64,000 nt of DNA from the NCBI GenBank assembly GCA_964602635.1, contig CAZRRU010000131.1, positions 37,320 to 101,319 on the forward strand. Direction: 5' to 3'. The position numbers and the translations under genes were made by a program. Within the stretch, counting starts at the first letter, position 1. Every line of letters starts with the position of its first letter. Source of the DNA: an uncultured Gemmatimonadota bacterium. GTDB taxonomy: Bacteria > Gemmatimonadota > Gemmatimonadetes > Palauibacterales > Palauibacteraceae. Of this stretch, positions 44,090-54,028 are shown in pieces. The notes beneath the pieces were generated by a model, which ran no database searches, was not told the DNA's origin, and was given only the letters and a program-made list of their open reading frames with translations.

Positions 44090-46291
44090 GTGCCCCGGGT
44101 AAGATCGAACATCCGCCCGTTTGCCCTGGCGTGCACCAGTTTGGCGTGCGTTGGACTCATCCAGCCTTCTTCCGTGTGTGCACAGGCGCATTCTCTGCCA
44201 ACCGGGCGCGTCGCGCGTTCATCTGGGCCGGACACCATTCCAGCGGATACCTACGTGGACGAGGGCGCCCGCTACATGATCCAGCGAGCGCAGCAGGCAC
44301 GCGGCACGGAGGCGGCGGGTCTCGCCAGCTACGAGGCGACGATCACGGAGCGCGTCTACGTGGGTCTTTCTGCCTCCCGATTCCGCCGCGAGCGGGGGCT
44401 GTTCCTGAGCGAGCAGATCGCCCGGGTGCGGTGGGACTCGGCCGGCACCGAAACGTACCGGTGGCTCGGCAGCCGGCAGGAGGTGCCCATCATCGGTGAC
44501 GCGGTCGAAATCGACGAAGGCTGCCGGACCCGGGACGGAGAATCGACCCGGTGTGGTGAGAACCCGGACGACCTCATCCCTCTCGATCCGGAAGCGGACC
44601 GCCTTATGATGGGCGGGGAGACGTTCCTCCACCCCCTGGCTGACACGGCGGGCTTCCACTACCGGTTTTCTTCGGGTGATACGATCCGGATCGTCCTTCC
44701 ATCCAGCGGCCGCGAGATCACTCTCGTGCAGATCAATATCGAGCCGCGACGGGTAGAGTTCGGGCTGTTGGCGGGGGCCGTGTGGTTCGACAGAGAATCC
44801 GCGGCCCTGGTGCGGGGTGCCTATCGGCCGGCGCGCGACTTCAACCTGGAGATCGACGAGCCCAACGATGCCAAAGAGGTGCCCGGGTTCATCAAGCCGA
44901 TTACCGCCAGCGTCGATCACATGATCGTCGACTACGCGCTGCAGGAACTGCGCTGGTGGCTTCCGTGGCGCATTCGGTTCGAAGGAGAGGGCCGAGCCGG
45001 TGCGTTGCTTCGGGTGCCGGTCGCGGTCGAGATCACGGTCAAGGACTACTCGCTCAACGAGGTCGACACTCTGGACGTGGCCCAGGAGGATCTGCCTCCG
45101 GGATGGGAGAGGCGCACGCACGAACGCGAGCTGGACGATGGAACGAAGATCCGGGAGGTCGTAATTCTCCCGCCTCGCGACTCGCTCCGGAACTCACCTC
45201 TCCTGTCCCACGACTTCTTTGCGGGCGAGCCGCTGAGCTTCAGCCGGGCGGAGATCGAGCGCATGGAACAGGAGCTGGACCAGGTCACGGTGGCCAGCGC
45301 CCTGCCCACCCCGGCCCTGTCGAGGTTCGGGATCTTCCGATACAACCGTGTCGAGGCCCTGAGCGCCGGACTGCGAAGGGAAGGGCCTGTGGCAGGCATG
45401 ACCGGGTGGGGAGAGCTTCGGCTCGGGATCGGTGACTTGATTCCGAACGTCGAACTCGGCCTGCGCGAGGACCTGCCGGGCGGGTCCGTCGAGGCGTCAG
45501 CCTACTACCGGCTGCAGGCGGTCAACGACTGGGGCAATCCTCTCAACCTCGAGAGCTCGATCAACGCACTCCTGTTCGGCGCAGACTACGGTGAGTACTA
45601 CCGGGCAGGCGGAGTCTCCATCGGGCTCAGGAACGAGACGGGTCGGGTCCGGCACGAGGTCACCGCTTTCGCCGAGTCCCATTGGTCGGAGAAGAAGAAC
45701 ACGAACTTTTCGCTGGCCAATCTTCTCGGGCGGTCCGACCCGCCGCCGAACATCGAAGCGGACGAGATCTCGATTGCCGGCCTGGCCGGGCGTTTGCGCA
45801 CCCAGGCCGGAGTGGATCCCGGCAAGCCCATCACCACCGGATCCGTCTGGGGTGAGGTGGGCGTCGGCGACGTGGAGTACGCGCGCATCGCCATAGGGGC
45901 CACGGCGACCCTCCCGCTGTTCTGGAGACTTGGCGGCAGTCTCGAGTGGTCCGTCGGGACCACGTTTGGGGACGTGCCCACCCAGCGCCTGTACTATCTT
46001 GCCGGGCCGCAGACGGTTCGTTCGTTCGAGCCGGGCCAGATCGCCGGCGAAGCGTTCTGGCTGGCGCGCGCCGAGCTGGCTGTCGGATATCCACTGTTCC
46101 GGTTTGTGGGGTTCAGCGATTTCGGCTCAGCCGGTGAACTGTCCGATCTGGGGTCAGCCGATCCGTTCGTCGCCGTTGGCGGGGGGCTTTCCCTCCTGGA
46201 CGGCCTGCTGCGGGCGGATCTGGCGCGAGGAGTACACGGTTCGGGGCCGCTGCGCTGGCAATTCCTGCTGTATCTCGACGCCCTCATGTAG
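44090..46291 (+). CDS. Large secreted protein with C-terminal Omp85/D15-like beta-barrel
   Basis: Signal peptide ...LIQPSSVCAQA. The C-terminal ~330 aa show the Omp85 barrel pattern (RLYYLAGPQTVRSFEPGQIAGEAFWLARAELAV, FVGFSDFGSAG, VAVGGGLSLLDGLLRADLARGV). I see no POTRA repeats. Confidence 0.6.
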   Translation: MPRVRSNIRPFALACTSLACVGLIQPSSVCAQAHSLPTGRVARSSGPDTIPADTYVDEGARYMIQRAQQARGTEAAGLASYEATITERVYVGLSASRFRRERGLFLSEQIARVRWDSAGTETYRWLGSRQEVPIIGDAVEIDEGCRTRDGESTRCGENPDDLIPLDPEADRLMMGGETFLHPLADTAGFHYRFSSGDTIRIVLPSSGREITLVQINIEPRRVEFGLLAGAVWFDRESAALVRGAYRPARDFNLEIDEPNDAKEVPGFIKPITASVDHMIVDYALQELRWWLPWRIRFEGEGRAGALLRVPVAVEITVKDYSLNEVDTLDVAQEDLPPGWERRTHERELDDGTKIREVVILPPRDSLRNSPLLSHDFFAGEPLSFSRAEIERMEQELDQVTVASALPTPALSRFGIFRYNRVEALSAGLRREGPVAGMTGWGELRLGIGDLIPNVELGLREDLPGGSVEASAYYRLQAVNDWGNPLNLESSINALLFGADYGEYYRAGGVSIGLRNETGRVRHEVTAFAESHWSEKKNTNFSLANLLGRSDPPPNIEADEISIAGLAGRLRTQAGVDPGKPITTGSVWGEVGVGDVEYARIAIGATATLPLFWRLGGSLEWSVGTTFGDVPTQRLYYLAGPQTVRSFEPGQIAGEAFWLARAELAVGYPLFRFVGFSDFGSAGELSDLGSADPFVAVGGGLSLLDGLLRADLARGVHGSGPLRWQFLLYLDALM

Positions 46292-46324
46292 CTGACTTTA
46301 CACCCGGCTCAGTGACGGCGGTGC

Positions 46325-47074
46325 TCAGCCGGTCAACTCGACCAGCCGTGGAAGCACGACTCCGGCCGGGCCCAGCAAGCTGACATCGGCCACGTGGCTG
46401 ATCGGAGTGGGCTCCAGGTTCACCTCGATGATCCCGGCGCCCCGCGATCCCGTCATTCTGGCGAACGAAGCGGCCGGCTCCACCAGGCCGGACGTGCCGA
46501 CCACGAGCATGACCTGGCATTCGCGCATCGCCTCGTCCGCGGCGACGAGTGCGAAGTCGGGCAGGTTCTCACCGAACCATACCACCGCCGGGCGCAGCAT
46601 GTCGCCGCACTCGGGGCACGACGGAACGGCCTCGGGCGGTAGATCGCTGGAGGCGCACCGGTAGGAGCAGACCCGGCACCGGACCTGCTCCAGCGACCCG
46701 TGCAGCTCCGTGACGTTCTCGCTGCCGGCGGCACGGTGAAGACCATCCACGTTCTGCGTTATCAGCCAGAATCGATCGCACCGGCGCTCGAGCTCGGCCA
46801 GGGCGCGGTGGCCATCGTTGGGCTCGATCCCGGCCAGGCTCGCGATCCGGAAGCGATAGAACTCCCACACCGCCTCCGGGTCCCGCTCGAACGCTCCCGG
46901 GGTGGCCAGGTCCATCGCCGACCGGCCGCGCCAGAAGCCCCCGGCGCCGCGGAACGTCGGCACTCCGCTCTCGGCTGAGATGCCGGCTCCCGTGAGCACG
47001 GCCACACGCCTCGCCCGGGACAGCATTCCAGATGCCGTGCGCATGCTGCCCTCGTCCACGCCGTTCATGGCCAT
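46325..47074 (-). CDS. cobB: NAD-dependent protein deacylase, Sir2 family
   Basis: VLTGAGISAESGVPTFRG, ITQNVDGLH, zinc ribbon CRVCSYRC...CPECG, VVGTSGLVEPA. Confidence 0.93.
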   Translation of the reverse strand: MAMNGVDEGSMRTASGMLSRARRVAVLTGAGISAESGVPTFRGAGGFWRGRSAMDLATPGAFERDPEAVWEFYRFRIASLAGIEPNDGHRALAELERRCDRFWLITQNVDGLHRAAGSENVTELHGSLEQVRCRVCSYRCASSDLPPEAVPSCPECGDMLRPAVVWFGENLPDFALVAADEAMRECQVMLVVGTSGLVEPAASFARMTGSRGAGIIEVNLEPTPISHVADVSLLGPAGVVLPRLVELTG

Positions 47075-47125
47075 GACCTCCGGTCACTGGTGAAACGCGT
47101 GTCTCTTCCTGCAAGTTATCCCGCC

Positions 47126-48013
47126 ATGCGAAACCTCGTAATCCTGAATCCAGTCGCCGGCGGCCGGGAGGACACGCGCGACCTGCATCGTCTCATCGGG
47201 CGGAAGATCGAAGGTGACTTCGTGACCACCGCGAACAGCGGAGATGCCGTGGCCATCGCCACCGAGGCGTGCCGCGCGGGGTACGGATCCGTCGTCGCGG
47301 TCGGGGGCGACGGAACGGTCCGAGAAGTGGCCATGGGATTGCACCTCGGCGGTGGCGTGCCGCGCCTCGGAATCGTGCCGGCCGGGACAGGGAACGACCT
47401 CGCCTTCTCGCTCGGCGTACCCGCGGATATCGAGCGGGCAGCAGACGTGGCGGTAGGCGGCAGAACCGTCGACCTGGATTTGATCCGCGCGTCCAGGAGC
47501 GATGGGGCGGGGGAGCCACGCTTCCTGGCCAACGCCGCGGTGGCTGGATTCGGCGGGCGAATCGGCGATCGCATGAGCCCGACGCTGCGCCGTAGGTTCC
47601 GTCCTATCGCGTATCCCCTCGCCGCCCTGGGCCAGGTCCGGGATCTGCGTCCCCACTCCGTGCGGCTGGAGATCGACGGCCGGAAGATCGAGACCAGGGC
47701 CCTGATGATCATCGTGGCGAACGGCGAGTACGCCGGCGGTCGCATCCGCTTCGCTCCGGGAGCGTCCACCGCTGACGGACTGCTGGACCTGGTGCTCGTC
47801 CACGCCGTGAGTCCTCCGAAGCTCGTGACCCTGGTACCACGTGTCCTATCGGGCCGGCACACGGGGCACCCCGCCGTTTCCATGTTCCGTGCTGCCAGCG
47901 TCCGAATCGAGTCTGAGCCACCGATGTGGATCAATCTCGACGGCGACACCTGGCGGGCCGGCAATTCCTCGTTTGAGGTCGTTCCCGCCGCCATTCGAGT
48001 GGCCGTTCCCTGA
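47126..48013 (+). CDS. Diacylglycerol/lipid kinase family protein (YegS/BmrU-like)
   Basis: MRNLVILNPVAGG, VVAVGGDGTVREV, GIVPAGTGNDLA. Start moved to the ATG at 47126; the ORF-track start would leave only 15 nt to the divergent cobB. Confidence 0.88.
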   Translation: MRNLVILNPVAGGREDTRDLHRLIGRKIEGDFVTTANSGDAVAIATEACRAGYGSVVAVGGDGTVREVAMGLHLGGGVPRLGIVPAGTGNDLAFSLGVPADIERAADVAVGGRTVDLDLIRASRSDGAGEPRFLANAAVAGFGGRIGDRMSPTLRRRFRPIAYPLAALGQVRDLRPHSVRLEIDGRKIETRALMIIVANGEYAGGRIRFAPGASTADGLLDLVLVHAVSPPKLVTLVPRVLSGRHTGHPAVSMFRAASVRIESEPPMWINLDGDTWRAGNSSFEVVPAAIRVAVP

Positions 48014-48134
48014 CGGGCAACGCTGACTCCGTTCTCACATGTCCAAGCTTGCGGAGGAACACGGGCCGCCGCCCGTCGTCGAGCTGGAGCCCCGAGCCGG
48101 GGTGAGACGAACGCGAAAACGAGGAGCGTGGAAG

Positions 48135-49208
48135 ATGAGCGTGAAGGTATGGGGATTCGTCGCCGCGGCGACGCTGGCAGGTGCCGTGGCCGTGGCCGGG
48201 ACGCTGAGCGCGCAGGAGAAGCCCGACTCGGAGAGCCGGGTGCGCGTGCTCGCGTTCAGCCAGGGAAGCTACCTGGGCGTGTTCATAGCCGATGTGACGG
48301 CCGAGGATGTCGAGAGACTGGATCTCCCGGAAGAGCGCGGCGTGCGGATCAGCGGGGTGGCGGACGAGGGTCCGGCCCGTGATGCCGGCTTGCAGGAGGA
48401 CGATGTGATCGTGAGTTGGAACGGGGATCGAATCGAGGGCGAAGCGCAGCTTCGCCGGATCCTGGGAGAGACACCCGCGGGACGCACGGCTTCGCTCGGC
48501 GTCATTCGCGCGGGCTCCGAACGAACCGTTGCGGTCGAGCTCGGCCATCGCGGGGGTCCCGGGGGCGCGTTCAGCTTTCGCTCCGGCTGGGACGAGGATC
48601 AGGCGATCGAGCTTCGCGAGCAGCTCGAGAAGACCCGCGAGCACCTCGGAGACGTGAGGGTCCATATTGGCGAGATGCCGCACGTCATGACCTTCATGTC
48701 GATGCGGGGCGGGCGACTGGGCGTCGCTATCCAGACGCTGGAGGGCCAGCTCGCCGAGTATTTCGGCCTCGACGATCGCGCCGGCGCGCTGATCACCAAC
48801 GTTCGCGAGGACTCGCCGGCAGCTGCGGCGGGTCTGAAGGCAGGTGACGTGATTGTCGCAGTGGCCGGTGAGGACGTGGAGTCCCCATCTGAAGTGTCGC
48901 GATTGGTGTGGGACGCCGATGCGGGACCTGTCGCCATTCGGATCCTGCGGGATCGCCAGGAACGCACGGTCACCGTCGATCTTCCCGAGTCTGAGAACAC
49001 CTGGCGGTCCGAGGACGGGGAGATGAACGGCTTCTTCTTCGGGCCCGAGGACTTCGACATGGAGTTCGACGTCGACGACGCGCACGTGGAGTGGGCGGAG
49101 CCGCTCCGGGAGCTGTCCCGCCTCGAGGTGTTCAGGTCGCCCGAGGGACCGGTGAACTGGGTGCCCATGCGGTCCGTGCGGCCGGTGCGGCGCTCTCTGT
49201 CGATCTGA
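48135..49208 (+). CDS. Periplasmic protein with two PDZ domains and no protease domain
   Basis: Signal peptide MSVKVWGFVAAATLAGAVAVAGTLSAQ after GAGGAG. PDZ 1: GVRISGVADEGPARDAGLQEDDVIVSWNGDRI. PDZ 2: GALITNVREDSPAAAAGLKAGDVIVAVAGEDV. Confidence 0.75.
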   Translation: MSVKVWGFVAAATLAGAVAVAGTLSAQEKPDSESRVRVLAFSQGSYLGVFIADVTAEDVERLDLPEERGVRISGVADEGPARDAGLQEDDVIVSWNGDRIEGEAQLRRILGETPAGRTASLGVIRAGSERTVAVELGHRGGPGGAFSFRSGWDEDQAIELREQLEKTREHLGDVRVHIGEMPHVMTFMSMRGGRLGVAIQTLEGQLAEYFGLDDRAGALITNVREDSPAAAAGLKAGDVIVAVAGEDVESPSEVSRLVWDADAGPVAIRILRDRQERTVTVDLPESENTWRSEDGEMNGFFFGPEDFDMEFDVDDAHVEWAEPLRELSRLEVFRSPEGPVNWVPMRSVRPVRRSLSI

Positions 49209-49279
49209 GCGCAGTCGAGTGGGGGCGATCGCTCGGCCGCCCCCGCTCGACTGCAAGCTGCGCACGTCTCTACCCATGA

Positions 49280-50530
49280 TTGTCGGGACTCACCGCGCCC
49301 GCTAACCTGTCGTCCATGTCGAACGGACAGGATCCCCGCGAGATCATCACTCCGGATGCCTTTTCGGTGTCCCGGGACCTGTTGGGTCTTCCCCTGGCCC
49401 ATCCGTGGCGCCGGGCCGTGGCGATCCTCATCGACCTTGTGCTGATCGCCCTCCTGGCCAACGCGAAGTCGGTACTGTTCGCACTCGCGGGCGGGACGTT
49501 TCTCTTCTGGCTCGCGTTGAGGGGGCGGAAGGCAGGACTCGGTTCCACGCTGGCGCGGTCCACGATCGGATGCGGCGGCGCCATAACGGTCTTCGTCGCC
49601 GTGGTGGCGATCTGGGGCACGATGTTCCTGGATGAAGACACGGTCTTGACCGACATCGGAGGGGAGGGCGGAGAGGCCGTGCCGCTGACGGTCGGCGCGG
49701 CGAGGGACTTCGGATCCATGCTGTTCACCGAGGACACTATCGAGGCGGGGGAGGCGGCCGCCCGACTGGTGCGCCGCCTGGAAGACGATGGGGTCTCTCC
49801 GGAGCAAATCCGGGAGATGCTGGCAGATGTCACGGTCGATGGCGACAACGAGCCGGTGATCCGCGCGATCGAGAGGGTCATCGGAGCGGAGGAGGCTTCG
49901 CAGGAGCCGGAGTACGGGGAAATGAGCCTCGATTCGCTACTCGAGGCCTATAACTCGGCCCTCGCCGCGGGCGACACGGCCGGCGTGCAGAGCACGGCGC
50001 CCGTCCTGGGCCGTCGTCTCGCACAGGACGACTGGAACGCCGCCGAACGGGAGATCGGGCGTCTCGAGGCGCGGAGCGATCGGCTGGCCGCCGACCTGGA
50101 CGAGACGGAGCAGCTGCTGGAGGCCGAGCGCGACAAGGGGATCATCGCCACCGTCATAGGTTTCCTGGACGAGCTGGGGCTGGGGATCGGCTGGTCCGGC
50201 CTGTACTTCACGTTTCTCACGGCCTTCTTCCGTGGCCGCACGCCTGGCAAGCGGCTATTGGGAATTCGCGTGCTCCGACTCGACGGCTCTGCCCTGAGCT
50301 ACTGGATCGCCTTCGAGAGATTCGGCGGATACGCGGCCTCGTTGTTCACCGGAATGGAAGGCTTCCTGCGGATCCTGTGGGACCGGAATCGCCAATGCCT
50401 GCAGGACAAGCTCGCGGAGACCGTCGTGATCCGGGAAACAAGAGAGGCCCGCGCCCAGCTGGCCGTGGGAGCAGCCAAGCGCGGAACCTCAGAAAAACCC
50501 TGGAAAGGCGGGCCGATCCCCGGTACCTGA
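49280..50530 (+). CDS. RDD family membrane protein with a large soluble insert
   Basis: RRAVAILIDLVLIALLA ... a ~180-aa acidic/coiled insert ... GRTPGKRLLGIRVLRLDG (RDD signature region), FGGYAASLF. Confidence 0.7.
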   Translation: MSGLTAPANLSSMSNGQDPREIITPDAFSVSRDLLGLPLAHPWRRAVAILIDLVLIALLANAKSVLFALAGGTFLFWLALRGRKAGLGSTLARSTIGCGGAITVFVAVVAIWGTMFLDEDTVLTDIGGEGGEAVPLTVGAARDFGSMLFTEDTIEAGEAAARLVRRLEDDGVSPEQIREMLADVTVDGDNEPVIRAIERVIGAEEASQEPEYGEMSLDSLLEAYNSALAAGDTAGVQSTAPVLGRRLAQDDWNAAEREIGRLEARSDRLAADLDETEQLLEAERDKGIIATVIGFLDELGLGIGWSGLYFTFLTAFFRGRTPGKRLLGIRVLRLDGSALSYWIAFERFGGYAASLFTGMEGFLRILWDRNRQCLQDKLAETVVIRETREARAQLAVGAAKRGTSEKPWKGGPIPGT

Positions 50531-50538
50531 GCCCTGCC

Positions 50539-51657
50539 TCAGTTCCGGTTCAGCCGGATGTCCCCCGATCCGGTGTCCACTTCGAGCGATCCACCGCCGG
50601 TTCCCACCCGACCCTGCACGTAGTCGTCGTGCATCTCTTCGACAGTCAACGGGAAGTCCGAGTGAATGTCACCGGAGCTGGTGGCCAGTTCCACGCTGGA
50701 TTCCCAGGAGCTCGGAAGCGTGAACGTCACGTCGCCGGAGCCGGTGTCCGCCGACACATCGGACGGGCTCGATTGGAACGCGATCTCGACACTCCCGGAG
50801 CCTGTGTCCACCTGTACCTGCATGGCTTCGACGCTCCGGAAGGTGACGTCGCCGGACCCCGTGTCCACATTCAGTTCGCCAACGGCAATATCGGCGCCCG
50901 TGACATCGCCCGAGCCCGTATCCGCCATGAGATCGCCGCCCGACACGTTGTCGGCGGCTACGTCTCCCGATCCCGTATCCAGGGTCACGTCGCCACGTGC
51001 GCCGTCGATCGCCACGTCGCCGGAGCCGGTGTCGAGCACCAGCCGGCCGGAGGTGCCGGAAGAACGGACGTCCGCGGACCCCCCGCTGACCGTGAGATCG
51101 CCGTCTACGTTGGAGACGATCACTTCCCCGGCCGCCAGGTAGATGAGCACCGTCTTCCCGTTGGGGATCCTGATGTCCAGGTCGGCGTGAGCATCGAGCC
51201 CGCCTCCGTCCTCCCGGATCTTCACTTTGCGACCACGGTCGGAGCCTCCGCGATAGAACGTCCCGTCGTCCCGGACGTGCAGCTCGGTGCCGCCTCCGGC
51301 GAACGCGATCTCATCACCGGGATACACGACGCGCAGCGCGTCTACGCTTCCCACGCCGTCACTGTCGAGATCGACGGCTCCGGTCGCCACCTGGAGTTGC
51401 CCTGCGTCAGCGCCACCTCGTCTCACTTCCACCGTGACTACCGGGCCGCCCCCTGTCACGTTAGCGGTGCCAGCGAGATTCCATACCGCTGCCGGGTCGC
51501 CGGTGAGCTCGTAGGTCTCCTGTGCTGATGCGGACGCCGCGGGGACCGCCACGGCCGCAGCCGCCACCAGGGTGCCGTACCTGACGATCCGCTGAATTGA
51601 GTCTGACTGCCACATCGCATGGGCCTCCTGAGGTTGCCGGGTGATGACGCGTCGCAA
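50539..51657 (-). CDS. DUF4097-like repeat protein (predicted beta-helix, putative adhesin)
   Basis: Signal peptide ...AAAVAVPAASASAQ, then about eight D-T-G-S-G-D-V/I repeats. The true start may be the ATG at 51615. Confidence 0.7.
   Translation of the reverse strand: MRRVITRQPQEAHAMWQSDSIQRIVRYGTLVAAAAVAVPAASASAQETYELTGDPAAVWNLAGTANVTGGGPVVTVEVRRGGADAGQLQVATGAVDLDSDGVGSVDALRVVYPGDEIAFAGGGTELHVRDDGTFYRGGSDRGRKVKIREDGGGLDAHADLDIRIPNGKTVLIYLAAGEVIVSNVDGDLTVSGGSADVRSSGTSGRLVLDTGSGDVAIDGARGDVTLDTGSGDVAADNVSGGDLMADTGSGDVTGADIAVGELNVDTGSGDVTFRSVEAMQVQVDTGSGSVEIAFQSSPSDVSADTGSGDVTFTLPSSWESSVELATSSGDIHSDFPLTVEEMHDDYVQGRVGTGGGSLEVDTGSGDIRLNRN
50542..51117 (-). repeat. Intragenic tandem coding repeats (17-20 aa period, core DTGSGDV)
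   Basis: LDTGSGDVAID, LDTGSGDVAAD, ADTGSGDVTGA, VDTGSGDVTFR, VDTGSGSVEIA, ADTGSGDVTFT, ATSSGDIHS, VDTGSGDIRL. The matching DNA core (gtcgccggagccggtgtc and variants) recurs on the plus strand. Confidence 0.7.
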
Positions 51658-51851
51658 CGGACCCGCCCTCTAATGGACAGGGTACGCAAGCGAAAGGTTG
51701 ACGCCACCTCCGGCGCTCCGGACCGGCGGCGGACACGGTCGCGGAGACGACGGGTACGGGGCCGACACTAGCCGCGGGGTTCGCATGCTGCAATCGTATC
51801 GGGAGGACTCGAGCGCCGAGCGGATGGGTCACCAGCCAGATGAGGCGAAGC

Positions 51852-53258
51852 ATGGAAGTACAGTTCTGGGGAGCGGCCAGGGAAGTGCCCGGCTCGATGC
51901 ACCTGCTGAAGGTAGCGGGCCGGCGGATTCTATTGGACTGCGGCCTTTACCAGGGACGCCGAAAGCACGCATTCGAGCGCAACCGGGATTTCCCGTTCGA
52001 GCCGTCGTCGATCGACGCGGTGGTGCTCAGCCACGCGCATATCGATCACTGCGGCAATCTCCCGACCCTGGTGCGGGCAGGCTTCAAAGGGAAGATCTAC
52101 GCCACGCCGGCGACCCGCGACCTGTGCCGGCACATGCTGGTCGATTCCGCCCACATACAAAAGTCGGACGTGCGGTACGTGAACCGGAAGCGCAAGCGAC
52201 AGGGCAAGCGGCCCTTCGAGCCCCTGTACCTGATCGGGGATGCTCGCAAGGCGCTCGCCCGGTTTCGCCCGGTACACTACGGGCGTGCGTTCGAGCCGGC
52301 GCCTGGAATCCGGGCCACTTTCATCGATGCCGGCCACATCCTCGGATCCGCCTCCGTGATTCTCGATCTCACGGAGGGAAGTCGCACGCGCCGTCTCGTG
52401 TTCTCAGGCGACATCGGCCGCAGGGGTCTGCCGATTCTCCGCGATCCGCAGATTCCCGCAGATGCGGACTACGTGATAATGGAGAGCACCTACGGTGATC
52501 GGGAGCATGAACCGCCGTCCCAGGCACGTGAGTACCTGCTGAAGTACGCCGAGTCCACCTTTGAGGCAGGCGGCAAGTTGCTCGTCCCCGCGTTCGCCCT
52601 CGGACGAACGCAGGAGGTCGTGTACCGATTGAACCAGCTGTGGGAGGACGGCGAGTTGCCGCCGATGGATGTGTTCGTGGACAGTCCTCTGGCCATCAAC
52701 GTGACCGAAGTCTACTCCGATCACCCGGAATGCTACGATCGGGAGATGCTGGATACGATGGCGACCGACTCGGACGGCGACCCCCTCGGTTTCCGGCGAC
52801 TGCGCTACGTGCGCGCGGCAGAGGAATCGAAGGCCCTGGACGCTCGCAAGGGACCGGCGATCATCATTGCCGCGTCAGGTATGTGCGAGGGCGGTCGCAT
52901 CCTGCACCACCTGAGCCACTACCTGCCGAGCCGCAACACGACCGTTCTTTTCGTCGGCTATCAGGCTCAGCACACCCTGGGGAGGCGCCTGGTGGAGGGG
53001 AACCGCGAGGTCCGGGTACTGGGCGCCCCGGTTGACGTCCGCGCCCGCGTGGAGCGCGCGGACTCGTACAGCGCCCACGCCGACCGCACGGGGCTCATTC
53101 GCTGGGCCGAAGCGGTACGAGATCGGGGGCGGGTAGTACGGTACTTCCTCGTGCATGGAGAAGCGGACAGCGCGATGGCGCTTGCCGGGGATCTACGATC
53201 GGCGGGCACGGCCGACGTGGAGGTGCCGGAGCGGGGAAGCAGGTTCGAGCTGACCTGA
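51852..53258 (+). CDS. MBL-fold metallo-hydrolase with beta-CASP and RNA-specificity domains (RNase J/CPSF-like)
   Basis: MEVQFWGAAREVPGSMHLL, LLDCGLYQG, VLSHAHIDHCG (HxHxDH), IMESTYGD, SAHAD. Start set at the ATG at 51852. Confidence 0.85.
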   Translation: MEVQFWGAAREVPGSMHLLKVAGRRILLDCGLYQGRRKHAFERNRDFPFEPSSIDAVVLSHAHIDHCGNLPTLVRAGFKGKIYATPATRDLCRHMLVDSAHIQKSDVRYVNRKRKRQGKRPFEPLYLIGDARKALARFRPVHYGRAFEPAPGIRATFIDAGHILGSASVILDLTEGSRTRRLVFSGDIGRRGLPILRDPQIPADADYVIMESTYGDREHEPPSQAREYLLKYAESTFEAGGKLLVPAFALGRTQEVVYRLNQLWEDGELPPMDVFVDSPLAINVTEVYSDHPECYDREMLDTMATDSDGDPLGFRRLRYVRAAEESKALDARKGPAIIIAASGMCEGGRILHHLSHYLPSRNTTVLFVGYQAQHTLGRRLVEGNREVRVLGAPVDVRARVERADSYSAHADRTGLIRWAEAVRDRGRVVRYFLVHGEADSAMALAGDLRSAGTADVEVPERGSRFELT

Positions 53259-53272
53259 GCCGGATCGCCCGC

Positions 53273-54028
53273 TCACGAACCGTCGGCGGCCCACTCCTCG
53301 AGGTTGCCTCGGATGAGGGCCACCGCTTCGTCTACGGTGTCCACGCAGAACAGGATCTCGAGATCTTCGGGATCGGCCAGATTGCCGTCGTCCGACAGCC
53401 AGTGCTTCCGGCCCCACTCCACGAGGTCCCTCCACATCTCGCCCACCATGATGAGGGGGCGTCGTTTCAGGTGACCGACCTGGCACAGCTGCCAGACGAG
53501 CAGCGCCTCCAGGGTCGTGCCGATCCCACCGCGCATGACCACGAAAGCGCTGGACAGTTGGACGAAGTGGTGCAGGCGCGAGAAGAAGGTCCCGTGGTGA
53601 TACAGCTTCTCTACGAACGGATTGGGGGCCTGCTCGTGCGGAAGCTCGACGTTGAGGCCTATGGAATAGGTACGGTTGGCCACGTCTCCAAGTAGCTCGC
53701 CTTCGTTCGCGGCTTGCATCAATCCGGGGCCGCCCCCCGTGATGATGTCGCACCCCATCGCGGCCAGCTCCTGGGCCAGCCGGCGGACCTCGAGGTACAG
53801 CTCGTCGCCCGCATGCATGCGGGAGGAGCCGAAGATCGTCACCCGATAGTACGTCGGGCGAGGAGGCATGACCGCCGCGAGGCCGTCGACGACACCCCAC
53901 AGCTCACGCAGCGACACCTCCATCGCCTTGTACATCTGGCGGGAGGCCTCCGGTGAAAGGGCCGGGGTCTCGATACGCAGCGCCTGAAGCCGCTTCGCCC
54001 CGTCGTCGCCGCCGTCTGGTTCCGTCAT
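53273..54028 (-). CDS. LOG family protein (TIGR00730-type nucleotide 5'-monophosphate phosphoribohydrolase)
   Basis: VTIFGSSR, ITGGGPGLMQAANEG, MRGGIGTTLEAL (GGxGTxxE). Confidence 0.9.
   Translation of the reverse strand: MTEPDGGDDGAKRLQALRIETPALSPEASRQMYKAMEVSLRELWGVVDGLAAVMPPRPTYYRVTIFGSSRMHAGDELYLEVRRLAQELAAMGCDIITGGGPGLMQAANEGELLGDVANRTYSIGLNVELPHEQAPNPFVEKLYHHGTFFSRLHHFVQLSSAFVVMRGGIGTTLEALLVWQLCQVGHLKRRPLIMVGEMWRDLVEWGRKHWLSDDGNLADPEDLEILFCVDTVDEAVALIRGNLEEWAADGS

Noticed and set aside
47931-49807. 448-aa and 402-aa minus-strand ORFs opposite the PDZ and RDD genes
   Set aside because: Low-complexity shadow ORFs. The plus-strand frames carry a signal peptide, PDZ motifs and RDD motifs.
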